Below the pieces are notes generated by a model. That model saw nothing but the letters and a program-made list of their open reading frames with translations. It did no database searches and was not told the origin of the DNA. 24,725 nt of DNA from Tubiluchus corallicola (lineage: Eukaryota; Animalia; Priapulida). The stretch is from NCBI GenBank assembly GCA_030141605.1, contig JAQGDQ010001809.1, positions 1 to 24,725 of the forward strand, read 5' to 3'. Positions within the stretch are counted from its first letter, which is position 1. Every line of letters begins with the position of its first letter. This document shows, one piece after another, positions 1 through 10,636 of this stretch. A program made the position numbers and the translations under genes.

Positions 1-997
1 TAGTTTGAAAAAGTGATCAAAGCAGTCATAGCACACTCTTCAGTACCTGAGCAAAAGTATATATTACCATAATTATCTGGTCAATATGATTAATAATATA
101 TCAATTATTAATAGTTATTAATAATATTAATTAATGTCGTGTAAAATTTGAAAAAGTGATCAAAGCAGTCATAGCACACTCTTCACTACCTGAGTAAAAG
201 TATAAATTACCATAATTATCTGGTCAATATGATTAATAATATATCAGTTATTAATAGTTATTAATAATATTAATTAATGTCGTGTAAAATTTGAAAAAGT
301 GATCAAAGCAGTCATAGCACACTCTTCACTACCTGAGTAAAATTACCATAATTATCATGTCAATATGATTAATAATATATCGATTATTAATTATTAATAG
401 TTATTAATAATATTAATTAATGTCGTGTAAAGTTTGAAAAAGTGATCAAAGCAGTCATAGCACACTCTTCAGTACCTGAGCAAAAGTATATATTACCATA
501 ATTATCTGGTCAATATGATTAATAACATATCAATTATTAATAGTTATTAATAATATTAATTAATGTCGTGTAAAATTTGAAAAAGTGATCAAAGCAGTCA
601 TAGCACACTCTTCACTACCTGAGTAAAATTACCATAATTATCATGTCAATATGATTAATAATATATCGATTATTAATTATTAATAGTTATTAATAATATT
701 AATTAATGTCGTGTAAAGTTTGAAAAAGTGATCAAAGCAGTCATAGCACACTCTTCAGTACCTGAGTAAAAGTATAAATTACCATAATTATCTGGTCAAT
801 ATGATTAATAATATATCAATTATTAATAGTTATTAATAATATTAATTAATGTCGTGTAAAATTTGAAAAAGTGATCAAAGCAGCCATAGCACACTCTTCA
901 CTACCTGAGTAAAATTACCATAATTATCATGTCAATATGATTAATAATATATCGATTATTAATTATTAATAGTAATTAATAATATTAATTAATGTCA
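1..997. repeat. 143-bp AT-rich tandem satellite, ~7 copies, truncated by the window start
   Basis: GAAAAAGTGATCAAAGCAG recurs at 7, 150, 293, 436, 579, 722 and 865 (period exactly 143); two unit variants. Confidence 0.97.
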
Positions 998-1213
998 ATG
1001 TGTTTTTGGTGAATCAGTGGTGCATGATGGGACGGTGACGCAGTGCCGTTTTACACGTGACTTGAACATCTTAAATTATTAAGATTTTGTTTTCTTTTCA
1101 AACTACATAAGTCTTTTAAGCATGTAAGCCTAGTGCTGAGTAATGTAACCTTGTTTGGAAAGCTTTTGTGACATACTTCAAAATCTCCTTCTCTTCTGCT
1201 TTAATTGTTGCAA

Positions 1214-2359
1214 ATGTGAAAGTGCTTTTACGTACAAAAACTGTGACTTATCATGACTTTGGGATGTGAAAGTGCTTTTATGTACAAAAACTGTGACTTA
1301 TCATGACTTTGGGATGTGAAAGTGCTTTTATGTACAAAAACTGTGACTTATCATAACTTTGGGATGTGAAAGTGCTTTTATGTACAAAAACTGTGACTTA
1401 TCGTGACTTTGGGATGTGAAAGTGCTTTTATGTACAAAAACTGTGACTTATCGTGACTTTGGGATGTGAAAGTGCTTTTATGTACAAAAACTGTGACTTA
1501 TCGCAACTTTGGGATGTGAAAGTGCTTTTATGTACAAAAACTGTGACTTATCACGACTTTGGGATGTGAGTGCTTTTATGTACAATAGCTGTGACTTATC
1601 ACGACTTTGGGATGTGAAAGTGCTCTTATGTACAAAAGCTTTGACTTATCACGACTTTGGGATGTGAAAGTGCTTTTATGTACAAAAACTGTGACTTGTC
1701 GCGACTTTGGGATGTGAAAGTGCTTTTATGTACAAAAGCTGTGACTTATCACGACTTTGGGATGTGAAAGTGCTTTTATGTACAAAAGCTGTGACGTATC
1801 ACGACTTTGGGATGTGAAAGTGCTTTTATGTACAAAAGCTGTGACTTATCACGACTTTGGGATGTGAAAGTGCTTTTATGTACAAAAGCTGTGACTTATC
1901 ACGACTTTGGGATGTGAAAGTGCTTTTATGTACAAAAGCTGTGACTTATCACGACTTTGGGATGTGAACGTGGTTTTATGTACAAAAGCTGTGACTTATC
2001 ACGACTTTGGGATGTGAAAGTGCTCTTATGTACAAAAGCTGTGACGTATCACGACTTTGGGATGTGAAGGTGCTTTTATGTACTAAAGCTGTGACTTATC
2101 ACGACTTTGGTATGTGAAAGTGCTCTTATGTACAAAAGCTGTGACGTATCACGACTTTGGGATGTGAAAGTGCTTTTATGTACAAAAGCTGTGACTTATC
2201 ACGACTTTGGGATGTGAAAGTGCTCTTATGTACAAAAGCTGTGACTTATCACGACTTTGGGATGTGAACGTGGTTTTATGTACAAAAACTGTGACTTATC
2301 GTGACTTTGGGATGTGAAAGTGCTTTTATGTACAAAAGCTGTGACTTATCACGACTTTG
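1214..2359. repeat. 50-bp minisatellite, ~23 copies
   Basis: Unit GGGATGTGAAAGTGCTTTTATGTACAAAA(A/G)CTGTGACTTATCA(T/C)GACTTT at 1261, 1311, 1361 etc.; head-to-tail with no spacers. Confidence 0.97.
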
Positions 2360-2710
2360 TGAACGATGATTTCATTCAGCGGCAGCATCTACTAGATACA
2401 GAACGTTTTCAGCCAAAGGAAATACCTTGGAGAGTTTGATAGATGAAACTGCTCAGAAGCTTTTTTCAGCCAGTCACCCTTCAATTTACTAATTAGGTCT
2501 AGCAGTGCTTAACTTCGATCGCTAAATGTACACAGTGCCCTCTCAGTTATTCCATCCATCAGGTATAAAAACAGTATATTTTTGTTGGACAACTTGCAAA
2601 GTAAAACCAAAACATTGTTTGAATACTTTTTTAACGATCTTAATTAAGATGCAATTAATTAATGTAAAATGGACGTTTAGCTGCAAAATAAATAACATTT
2701 CTTTTTACAG

Positions 2711-2861
2711 GAACACATATGGTGTATATCTGCATTTTCTCAATCTTGGATTGTACGTACTGTTCCTAGCAATGCTTACATTGTTTGCAACAGTGCGGGA
2801 CCCAATGGACCACATTCATAGACATCAAGATCATTACGAGGACGAGGATCATTACTTGCAA
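2711..2861 (+). CDS. TRPA1: TRPA1-like channel, coding exon (pre-S1/S1 and S1-S2 loop); gene is 5'-partial in this window
   Basis: TTTTTACAG acceptor, GTGAGT donor at 2862. Encodes (W)NTYGVYLHFLNLGLYVLFLAMLTLFATVRDPMDHIHRHQDHYEDEDHYLQ, matching the TRPA1 KWxxYGxxxHxxNLxxY motif. Confidence 0.9.
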
Positions 2862-3879
2862 GTGAGTGATTGTGAAATCGTACTGTGAAGCATTGTGACA
2901 TGCATTGCCTTTGTGTTTATCAGATTCATTGTGGTAGCTTTCTGTTTAGACTGTTCCGTAAATCCATGTTAGCTTGTTGCACTTACACACATTTTTTGTT
3001 TCTTACTAACAATGTGTTGTCCTATTTTGAATGTTCATTTTGTTATTACTAATGTAAAGGTTCATATTGTTCAAACCGTCTTTTGTAGAAGTGAACTATT
3101 AACAGCAGTGTAGACAAATGCAAAAGTATTTAGCTGTATGAATGCCCCTGTGTTCATAGGCTTATGCTAATATGAATGTTCAGTGCATCATGTTCATGCT
3201 GATCTGAATGGCTCGTGTTCATTCTAATACGAACATTTATTATGTGATGTGTTATCTATGCAACAATTTTTTGTATTTTGTGTTCGTATTAATGTTCATC
3301 ATGTTTATTTGTTGTTTTCACACATAAACTGGATTAAATCGTAACTGTAAAGTGAATTTTGGTGCTCGTATCTTATTATTTATATCAAATCTCCAGTGAA
3401 ATTTGGTATACTGAATTCTTTATTTTGCCAGTGAAATGTCTGCATTTGTTTGGAAGTGGTGCTGACAAGTTATCCTTAAAAGCTTTTTTAAGATACTGTA
3501 GTTTTATCTCAGATGTATACACTGAAAGGCGTCAATCAGAATTTGCCGATTGTCCATATTTACCAATACTAAGCTAATACAGCAGTCGCCGTGCGTTAGA
3601 CTCACGATAATGTAGAATCAATCGCTTAAAAACATGTAGTACGGGCAGCTCTTATACAAAAATATATAAAAGCTCTCGGCAACTGCCTCAAATAACTCCG
3701 CATAATTGAGCTTTTACTATTTTTATGTCATCTTACTTCGCTTTTGTGCACTATAGTGTCACACGTTGCTTGGTTTGCACTGACGTAATGATGTAAACAA
3801 AGTGACGGCGCGCCAACTAGCGGTCAGCTCGCGAAACAACGGACTTTTCAACAAATAATTAGAGTTTGCACGGAAACAT

Positions 3880-4078
3880 TGTTGTGTTTCGTTTCATATT
3901 TTACGGCAAGCAACGCATATTTTTATAAGTGATATAATGCAAAAGATTTCGGGCATTGCGTGCTTTTTGTCAGAGTTTCAGTTGACCTTTTTCGTTGGCA
4001 AAACTTGAATAAAGTTGTATTTTTCTATTAAGTTAAAGCAATCTACTCGTTATCTTAATTATACCCTAGAACTCGTCA
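3880..4078 (+). repeat. 5' LTR (199 bp)
   Basis: TGTTGTG...CTCGTCA; direct repeat of 8549-8748; AATAAA at 4008-4013. Confidence 0.97.
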
Positions 4079-4083
4079 TTTTG

Positions 4084-4094
4084 TGGCGACGAGG
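4084..4094 (+). promoter_or_regulatory. Primer-binding site, probably tRNA-Ser(GCU)
   Basis: TGGCGACGAGG 5 nt after the LTR, complementary to the ...CCTCGTCG-CCA 3' end recalled for metazoan tRNA-Ser(GCU). Confidence 0.8.
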
Positions 4095-4103
4095 TAAACT
4101 AGT

Positions 4104-7100
4104 ATGGATCACGAGAATCTACCGCCATTTATGCAAGAACCTCACGATTCTGCAGCAGCGCGATGGGACAGGTGGCTTCGCAGATTTAATAATTTCGTCT
4201 TAGCGAAAGGCATTGAAAATGATGTCAGGAAAAAGGCGATGCTTCTCCACTACGCAGGGGAGGAGGTTTTCGAACTAAGTGAGTCACTGGGGATAGTTGA
4301 GAATACGAGTTTTGCTGACACTTCACGTCTGCTAACAGAGTACTATGCACCACAGCGTAATGTGGAGTATGAAGTGTTTGTATTTCGTCAAACTGTCCAA
4401 TCAGCAAATGAGTCACTGGATAAATTTCACGCGAGACTAAAATTACTTGCAAAGAATTGTAACTTTAATGACGCTGATAGAGAAATTTAATCACAGATAA
4501 TTCAAAAAAGTCAGTTGCCGAAAGTCAGACAGAAGGGTCTAACAGAACCTAATATGACTTTAGCTGATTTGCTCAAATTTGGCCGCACTTTGGAAGCGAC
4601 AGAACTACAGAGTAAAGCAATGGTAGCCAGTGCTAGTGATGCGAAACCGGTGCATAAAATACAGTATGCTAAATCTACTGCACGTAAACGTACTGATTAC
4701 AAAGCTGTTAATCCGCAACGTTGGCAACAACGCAGTAAGACTGTCGTGCAGAAAAGGGATTCGGTTAAATTTAGTGCACATGCTCAACAGTGTAATGGTT
4801 GTGGTGCAGCCAGACATGCAAAACGAGATCAAGAATGTCCTGCATGGGGTAAGCAGTGTCATAAATGTCAGCGGAAAAATCACTTCGCTAATGTATGTCG
4901 TCAGTCACTTCCGTCAAAATCCTGTGTTGCGCAAGCTAATGAAGTCGCAATTGTTAGTGATAGTGAACAACCTGTACAGCATGTTTCAAGTGATGGCTAC
5001 ATTGAGAGTTTGTTTAAGACTGAACCTAATAAGCATGTGCAACCATTTAAATGTGCCTTAACTATTAATGGCATCGACACGTCATTGGAAATCGATACAG
5101 GTGCAGCATCGACCTTGATTAGCTCAACTGAATTTGCTAAATTGCAGCGAGGTAAGCATTCACTACAGCTGTCTAATGCAAACGTGCCCACACTTCGTAC
5201 TTACTCAGGGGAACTTATTCGACCGCAGGGTAAAGTACTAGTTGATGTGTGTTGTAATGAACAACAAGTGACATTGCCAATGTTAGTTGTGCCAGGATCT
5301 GGACCTAGTTTGCTTGGTCGTGATTGGTTAACAGTTCTTAAGTTAAATTGGAGTGATGTACGGAAGATGTCCACACATGATTGTATTATGCGTTATCAAG
5401 ATGTTTTTAAAGAAGGACTTGGTAAATTAGAGAGCATTACTGCTAAATTTATTGTGGATGAATCAGTCAAACCTCGTTATTGTAAACCGAGACCGCTTCC
5501 TCTAGCATTAAAAGAGAAAGTTGAACAGGAACTGGGGAGACTGGTAAATGAAGGTGTTCTTCGACCAGTGACCCATTCGGATTACGCTGCGCCGATTGTG
5601 CCCGTGCTGAAAAATTCGGGAGCTGTCAGAATTTGTGGAGATTTTAAACTAACAATTAACCAAGCTGTAAAGGTTGATGGATATCCTATTCCTAGTGTTG
5701 AGGATTCATATGCAAAGATTGCAGGGGGTGTCTTATACACAAAACTAGATCTTAGCCATGCATATGAACAGGTGGTTTTAGATGAAGAATCGCAAAAGCT
5801 CACTGCTATCAACACGCACAAGGGTTTGTTTGTTTTTACGAGGCTTCCGTATGGTGTTTCAGCTAGTCCAGCGATTTTTCAACGCGTTATGGAACAGGTA
5901 CTGCAAGGAATTGACATGATTGCTATTTATTTTGATGATATTTTAATTACAGGTCGCACTAGGGAAGAGCATGATTGGAATCTTGAATTAGTCTTACAGA
6001 AACTACATGAAGTTGGCTTAAGACTGAAAAAGGAAAAATGCCTTTTCCGCATGAAGTCTTGCACTTACCTTGGTTATGTCATTGATGCTGAAGGGATCCA
6101 TCCTACTGCAGAAAAGGTTATGGCATTGAGACAAGCACCGGCACCACAGAATTTGACAGAACTTCGTAGTTATTTGGGTCTGTTGAATTATTACCATAAG
6201 TTTTTGAGAAATTCTAGCAGTGTTTTAGCTCCACTGCATGAACTTTTGCGCAAAGACGTCAAGTGGTCCTGGGGCCCATGCCAGCAGAAGGCATTTGAAG
6301 ATTCAAAACAATTATTAGAATCATCACAGGTGTTGGTTCACTATAATCCATCGTTGCCTCTTGTTTTAAATTGTGATGCTTCACCATATGGTATAGCAGC
6401 AGTCCTTTCACATCGTATGCCGGATGGTAGTGACCGACCAGTCAGTTTTACATCAAGAACGTTGTCTGCCGCGGAGAAGAATTATGCACACTTGGAAAGA
6501 GAAGGTCTGGCACTAGTTTTTGGAGTGACCAAATTTCATAAGTTCCTCTATGGACGTGACTTCGAAATCTCTACTGATCATAAACCGTTATTAGGTTTAC
6601 TGGGTGAGGATCGTCAGATTTCGGCCATGGCTAGCGGTCGTATTCAGCGTTGGGCGCTCACACTATCTAATTATCAGTACCATCTCAAATTCAAGTCGGG
6701 TACTCAGAATGCAAATGCGGATGGCCTAAGTAGATTACCATCTTCAAGAACTGTGGGTGAAGTTCCAGTGCCACAGGAAATGATATTGGCTTTGTCCACT
6801 ATCGACAGCACGCCGGTGACATCCACAAATGTTCGCAATTGGACGGCAAAAGATCCAATTTTATCCCAAGTTTTACGCTTTACACTGCAAGGATGGCCAG
6901 CTGGGATAGCTCGCAGTCATCTCTGGTGGCCTGGTTTGGATTCAGAAATTGAAAGCAAGGTTCGCAGTTGAGCTACATGTCAACAGCTTTGCAACATTCC
7001 TGGGAAGGCACAGTTACATCCGTGGGAATGGCCAGGGAAACCATGGTTTAGAATCCATGTGGATTATGCTGGTCCAGTGGAGGGCAAAATGATTTTGGTG

Positions 7101-8176
7101 ATCGTGGATGCACATAGTAAATACATTGAAGCTTATATTGTTTCTTCAGCAACATCTACTACAACTATTGCAAAGCTTCGCCGAGTGTTTGCTACACACG
7201 GTTTACCAGTATCATTGGTTTTAGATAATGGAAGCGTGTTCACAAGTTGTCGTGAACTGATTCAAGAGTCTGTTTATGAACAGTATAAAGTTTATAAGAC
7301 TTTAGCAACATTAGAACTTTACAGCAAGTTAGACTACCGTGAATCATTTTCTCACCTGACTAGTTTCTGACATGCATTGCCCAAGGTTTACCAGTTTCAT
7401 TGGTTTTAGATAATGGAAGCGTGTTCACAAGTGAAGAGTTCCAGAACTTTTGTAAGTGTAATGGCATTACACACATACGCAGCTCTCCATTTCATGCTGC
7501 TAGCAATGGGCTTGCGGAGAGAGCTGTTCAAACAATTAAACAGGGTATTAAGAAAACTCCTGGGTTTGATTTGGAGATGAAGTTAGTTCGGTTCCTTGCG
7601 AATTATCGATTGACACCTCAAACTACAACAGGACAATGTCCTTCAGAGTTGCTGATGAAGAGACGTCCTCGCTCGAAATTGGATTTGATTTATCCTGCAT
7701 TAGATGATAAAGTTTTGACTAAACAGTCGACATCTCAACTAGATCGTGAGACTAGAGAGTTTCATTCGGGAGATCCGGTTTGGGCAGTAAACTTTGCAGG
7801 TAAGCCCAAATGGCTTCCAGGGGTCTTGGAAGAAATGCTTGGCCCAGTTTCATTCCGTGTTCGTCTGGTAGATGGAAGAATTTGGAAAAGACATGTTGAT
7901 CATCTTCGTCAGAGATTTCCAGATGAAGCAATGTCTGATCACTCTGGGGTTTCGCTACCCACTAGTGCGGGTGAGTTTGTGAGGGTTCGTGGAAGAGAAG
8001 CTGTTCCCGTGAAAGAACCTGCATTACCAATGATAAGCGATAGTGCTCCAATATCTACCGCTGTGCAACATGAGGATTCTGAGGGTTCTTCAGAAAAGTT
8101 AGCTACCCAACAGCCAGAAACAGTTCTTCGTAGATCTGCAAGAATGGTTAAGCCTCCAGATAGACTAAATCTGTGA
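4104..8176 (+). pseudogene. gag-pol: gag-pol polyprotein pseudogene (originally a single ORF)
   Basis: Gag with two CCHC knuckles (CNGC..H..C, CHKC..H..C), protease IDTGA, RT (LPYG, YFDD), RNase H (CDAS), integrase core (HVDYAGP, DNG, NGLAERAV). Disrupted by in-frame TAA 4488-4490, TGA 6969-6971, an apparent deletion near 6900 and a 185-bp frameshifting insertion in the integrase core. Confidence 0.95.
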
Positions 8177-8533
8177 TAGATTATATGTTATGGTATTGAA
8201 GCAGCCATGTAAACAAAGTTGTGAAAATCTAAGTTTGAACATTTGCTATAGCTTTGAACAATTATTTAGTTGTGTAGTTAGCCAACATTGGTTATATTGT
8301 GTATGGAACTTAAATCATTGCAGTGCACGCCTGTGTTCATTTGTGCCAAGTTAGTTTTGTTAGTCGTTTTCATATTAATGCGTTCGTATGTCTGATTGTC
8401 TTTCTGTCAGAACTATGTTTTTTTGGGCAATGTGGCATTAGGGAATTAGTCATTAATTTCTACCAATTTTCTGCATAGCTTTTTGGGTGTTTATCATTAT
8501 TACTTTAAACTAACTTACAGTAATTTTCCATCT

Positions 8534-8546
8534 AAATGGGGAGGAA
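8534..8546 (+). promoter_or_regulatory. Polypurine tract
   Basis: AAATGGGGAGGAA ending 2 nt before the 3' LTR. Confidence 0.85.
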
Positions 8547-8548
8547 TA

Positions 8549-8748
8549 TGTTGTGTTTCGTTTCATATTTTACGGCAAGCAACGCATATTTTTATAAGTG
8601 ATATAATGCAAAAGATTTCGGGCATTGCGTGCTTTTTTGTCAGAGTTTCAGTTGACCTTTTTCGTTGGCAAAACTTGAATAAAGTTGTATTTTTCTGTTA
8701 AGTTAAAGCAATCTACTCGTTATCTTAATTATACCCTAGAACTCGTCA
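8549..8748 (+). repeat. 3' LTR (200 bp)
   Basis: Differs from the 5' LTR by one extra T in a T-run and one A/G substitution. Confidence 0.97.
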
Positions 8749-8864
8749 AACATTTAAACACTTCAGTGCTGATACTCAGAGATAAATGCACTTGGGGCAT
8801 TGCAGTGCGTAGGAAGTCCTGGCATAAGGAGGTGAACATAATCATGTCCCTGGACGTGTGATTC

Positions 8865-9136
8865 ATTTGATTATGATTGCGACTGCGATACTCGACTCTC
8901 TCCACCTATCGGAGGCGGGCACCTTTATAGGGTGCAAAGTCTATTGTTCTTTAACGCTGATCTTTTAGTTGTCTTTTCCAAGTTTATTGTCTTTATCCTG
9001 TATTCCATACATTCGTTCACTAGATTTCTAATTTCTAGCAATCCTTCCTTTTCATAGTTCATCAATACATCTGAGTTCAAAATTTTTTTCCATTCTCCAT
9101 ATCTGTAACATCTAAGCATATGTTCAGTAGTGTCAC
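8865..9136 (-). mobile_element. Possible 5'-truncated non-LTR retrotransposon (LINE) 3' end
   Basis: The minus-strand frame DTTEHMLRC...LCTL* resembles the distal half of the C-terminal CCHC knuckle of LINE ORF2. It is followed by a short GC-richer UTR-like stretch and bounded by a (GAT)n run. Confidence 0.4.
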
Positions 9137-9137
9137 A

Positions 9138-9166
<29 letters not shown>
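9137..9166. repeat. (ATG)10 microsatellite
   Basis: Direct reading. Confidence 0.95.
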
Positions 9167-9168
<2 letters not shown>

Positions 9169-9366
9169 CTTTTCAACGATCCAGATTTTGTCCGATTCTT
9201 CTAATATTTGTAAACCCAGCAAGGCCCAGCAAGCCGAAAAATCAGTGTATAGTTTTAGCTGGCCAATAGCTGTTAATTCTGGCAAAAACTTGTTCTTACA
9301 AATTTTTTAAATTTTGTCCTGTAATTGTGACTGATTCTAAAGGTGATTATTAGTACATTCACCAAA

Positions 9367-9676
9367 ATTATTCAGATTATTCAGCAAGTATTCATATGTT
9401 CATTCATTTTATTCAGATTATTCAGCAAGTATTTATATGTTCATTCATTTTGTTCAGATTATTCAGCAAGTATTCATATGTTCATTCATTTTATTTAGAT
9501 TATTCAGCAAGTATTTATATGTTCATTCATTTTATTCAGATTATTCAGCAAGTATTTATATGTTCATTCATTTTATTCAGATTATTCAGCAAGTATATAT
9601 TATTTACTTGTTTCATTCAGATTATTTTGCAAACATTGTTAACTTACTTTATTTACATTATTCAGCAGGTAGTTAA
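9367..9676. repeat. 41-bp tandem repeat related to the 3' end of the downstream exon
   Basis: ATTCAGATTATTCAGCAAGTATTTATATGTTCATTCATTTT, period 41 (9411, 9452...); degenerates after ~9600. Confidence 0.92.
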
Positions 9677-9834
9677 CTTGTTTTAAAAAAGAACAAGGTT
9701 TTTAATTATTCAAACTGGTGATGTGCTTATTACTTTAACTTGGAATGTAAAATGTATTTTGTTGAATCTCATAGAATTTATGTATCAGCAACTCAGTTGT
9801 AAATGCTCATCTTAATGTCTGTTGTTTCTTACAG

Positions 9835-9924
9835 TTTAGCAAATTTGAGTACGTGATTTTGACTGCAATAACCGTCTTCTGTTTCCTGAATGTCACTAAA
9901 GAGGTTATTCAGATTATTCAGCAG
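9835..9924 (+). CDS. TRPA1: TRPA1-like exon (S2)
   Basis: TTTCTTACAG acceptor, CAG|GTAATG donor. Encodes FSKFEYVILTAITVFCFLNVTKEVIQIIQQ (cf. human KEAGQIFQQ); phase 0-0. Confidence 0.88.
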
Positions 9925-10435
9925 GTAATGAATTATATTCAGGTGCTGAATTATTTTATTCAGATTAGTCAGCAGGTATTTGTACATGCCACTTTTTTGT
10001 TCAGATTATTCAGCAGGTGTTTGGTTCTTTGTTCACTTATTTTATGCACATTTTTATTGGCAAATATTTGTTGTGAACTCATTTTACTCAGGTTATTCAG
10101 CAAATATTTGCATGTTAACTTATTTTCTTCACATTATTCAACAAGTATTTATATGTTCACATAATGTTACTCAGTTTATTCAACAAGTACTTGTACTTTT
10201 ATTTATTTTATTCAGATTATTCAGCAATTATTTCAAATTATTTTGCAAATATTTGTTATTAACTTATTTTATTCAGATTATTCAGCAAGTATTTCAAATC
10301 ATTTTGCAAATATTTGTTATTAACCTATTCTATTGAGATTATTCATCAAGTATTTCAAATCATTTTGCAAATATTTGTTATTAACTTATTTTATTCAGGT
10401 TATTCAGCAAGTATTTGTACGTTCATTTATTTTAT
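9925..10435. repeat. Degenerate array of the TTATTCAGATTATTCAGCA(A/G)GTA family filling the intron
   Basis: About ten variably spaced copies; the last ones are embedded in a longer ~60-bp unit. Confidence 0.85.
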
Positions 10436-10463
10436 TTAGTAAAAGTACATGCATATTTTCCAG

Positions 10464-10636
10464 GGTACCAAGTATTTCTTTGATCCAATCAACTATCTAG
10501 AATGGATGCTGTACATAACAGCCATCATCTTCATTACGATTCCATTAATTACTTGCCAATCATTTCATTATCAATGGGAATGTGGAGCCATTGCTGTGTT
10601 CCTGGCCTGGTACAATTTTCTGCTTTACTTACAACG
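10464..10636 (+). CDS. TRPA1: TRPA1-like exon (S3-S4)
   Basis: TTTTCCAG acceptor, GTAAGT donor. Encodes GTKYFFDPINYLEWMLY...QWECGAIAVFLAWYNFLLYLQR, a hallmark TRPA1 sequence; ends in phase 2. Confidence 0.96.

Larger units (their letters stand above)
3880..8748 (+). mobile_element. Ty3/Gypsy LTR retrotransposon (Mag-like), full-length, inactivated, intronic
   Basis: Two TG...CA LTRs, TSD AACAT (3875-3879 and 8749-8753), PBS, PPT, and domain order gag-PR-RT-RH-IN. Confidence 0.97.

Noticed and set aside
1214-2359. CRISPR array (hairpin-containing repeats)
   Set aside because: Head-to-tail units with no unique spacers.
4488-4490. Programmed gag-pol stop read-through
   Set aside because: The TAA falls mid-Gag (DREI*SQIIQ), before the zinc knuckles; an AAA-to-TAA nonsense mutation is more likely.
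4225-5821. Short alternative-frame and antisense ORFs in the retrotransposon
   Set aside because: Shadow ORFs of gag-pol with no recognisable motifs.
7368-7381. 14-bp match TGACATGCATTGCC between the integrase insert and ~2896-2909
   Set aside because: Too short, with no flanking similarity, to identify the donor of the insert.
9396-10336. Hydrophobic IQIIQQ ORFs as separate genes or tandem alternative exons
   Set aside because: Apart from 9835-9924, the copies hold only the exon's last codons and have no convincing acceptors.
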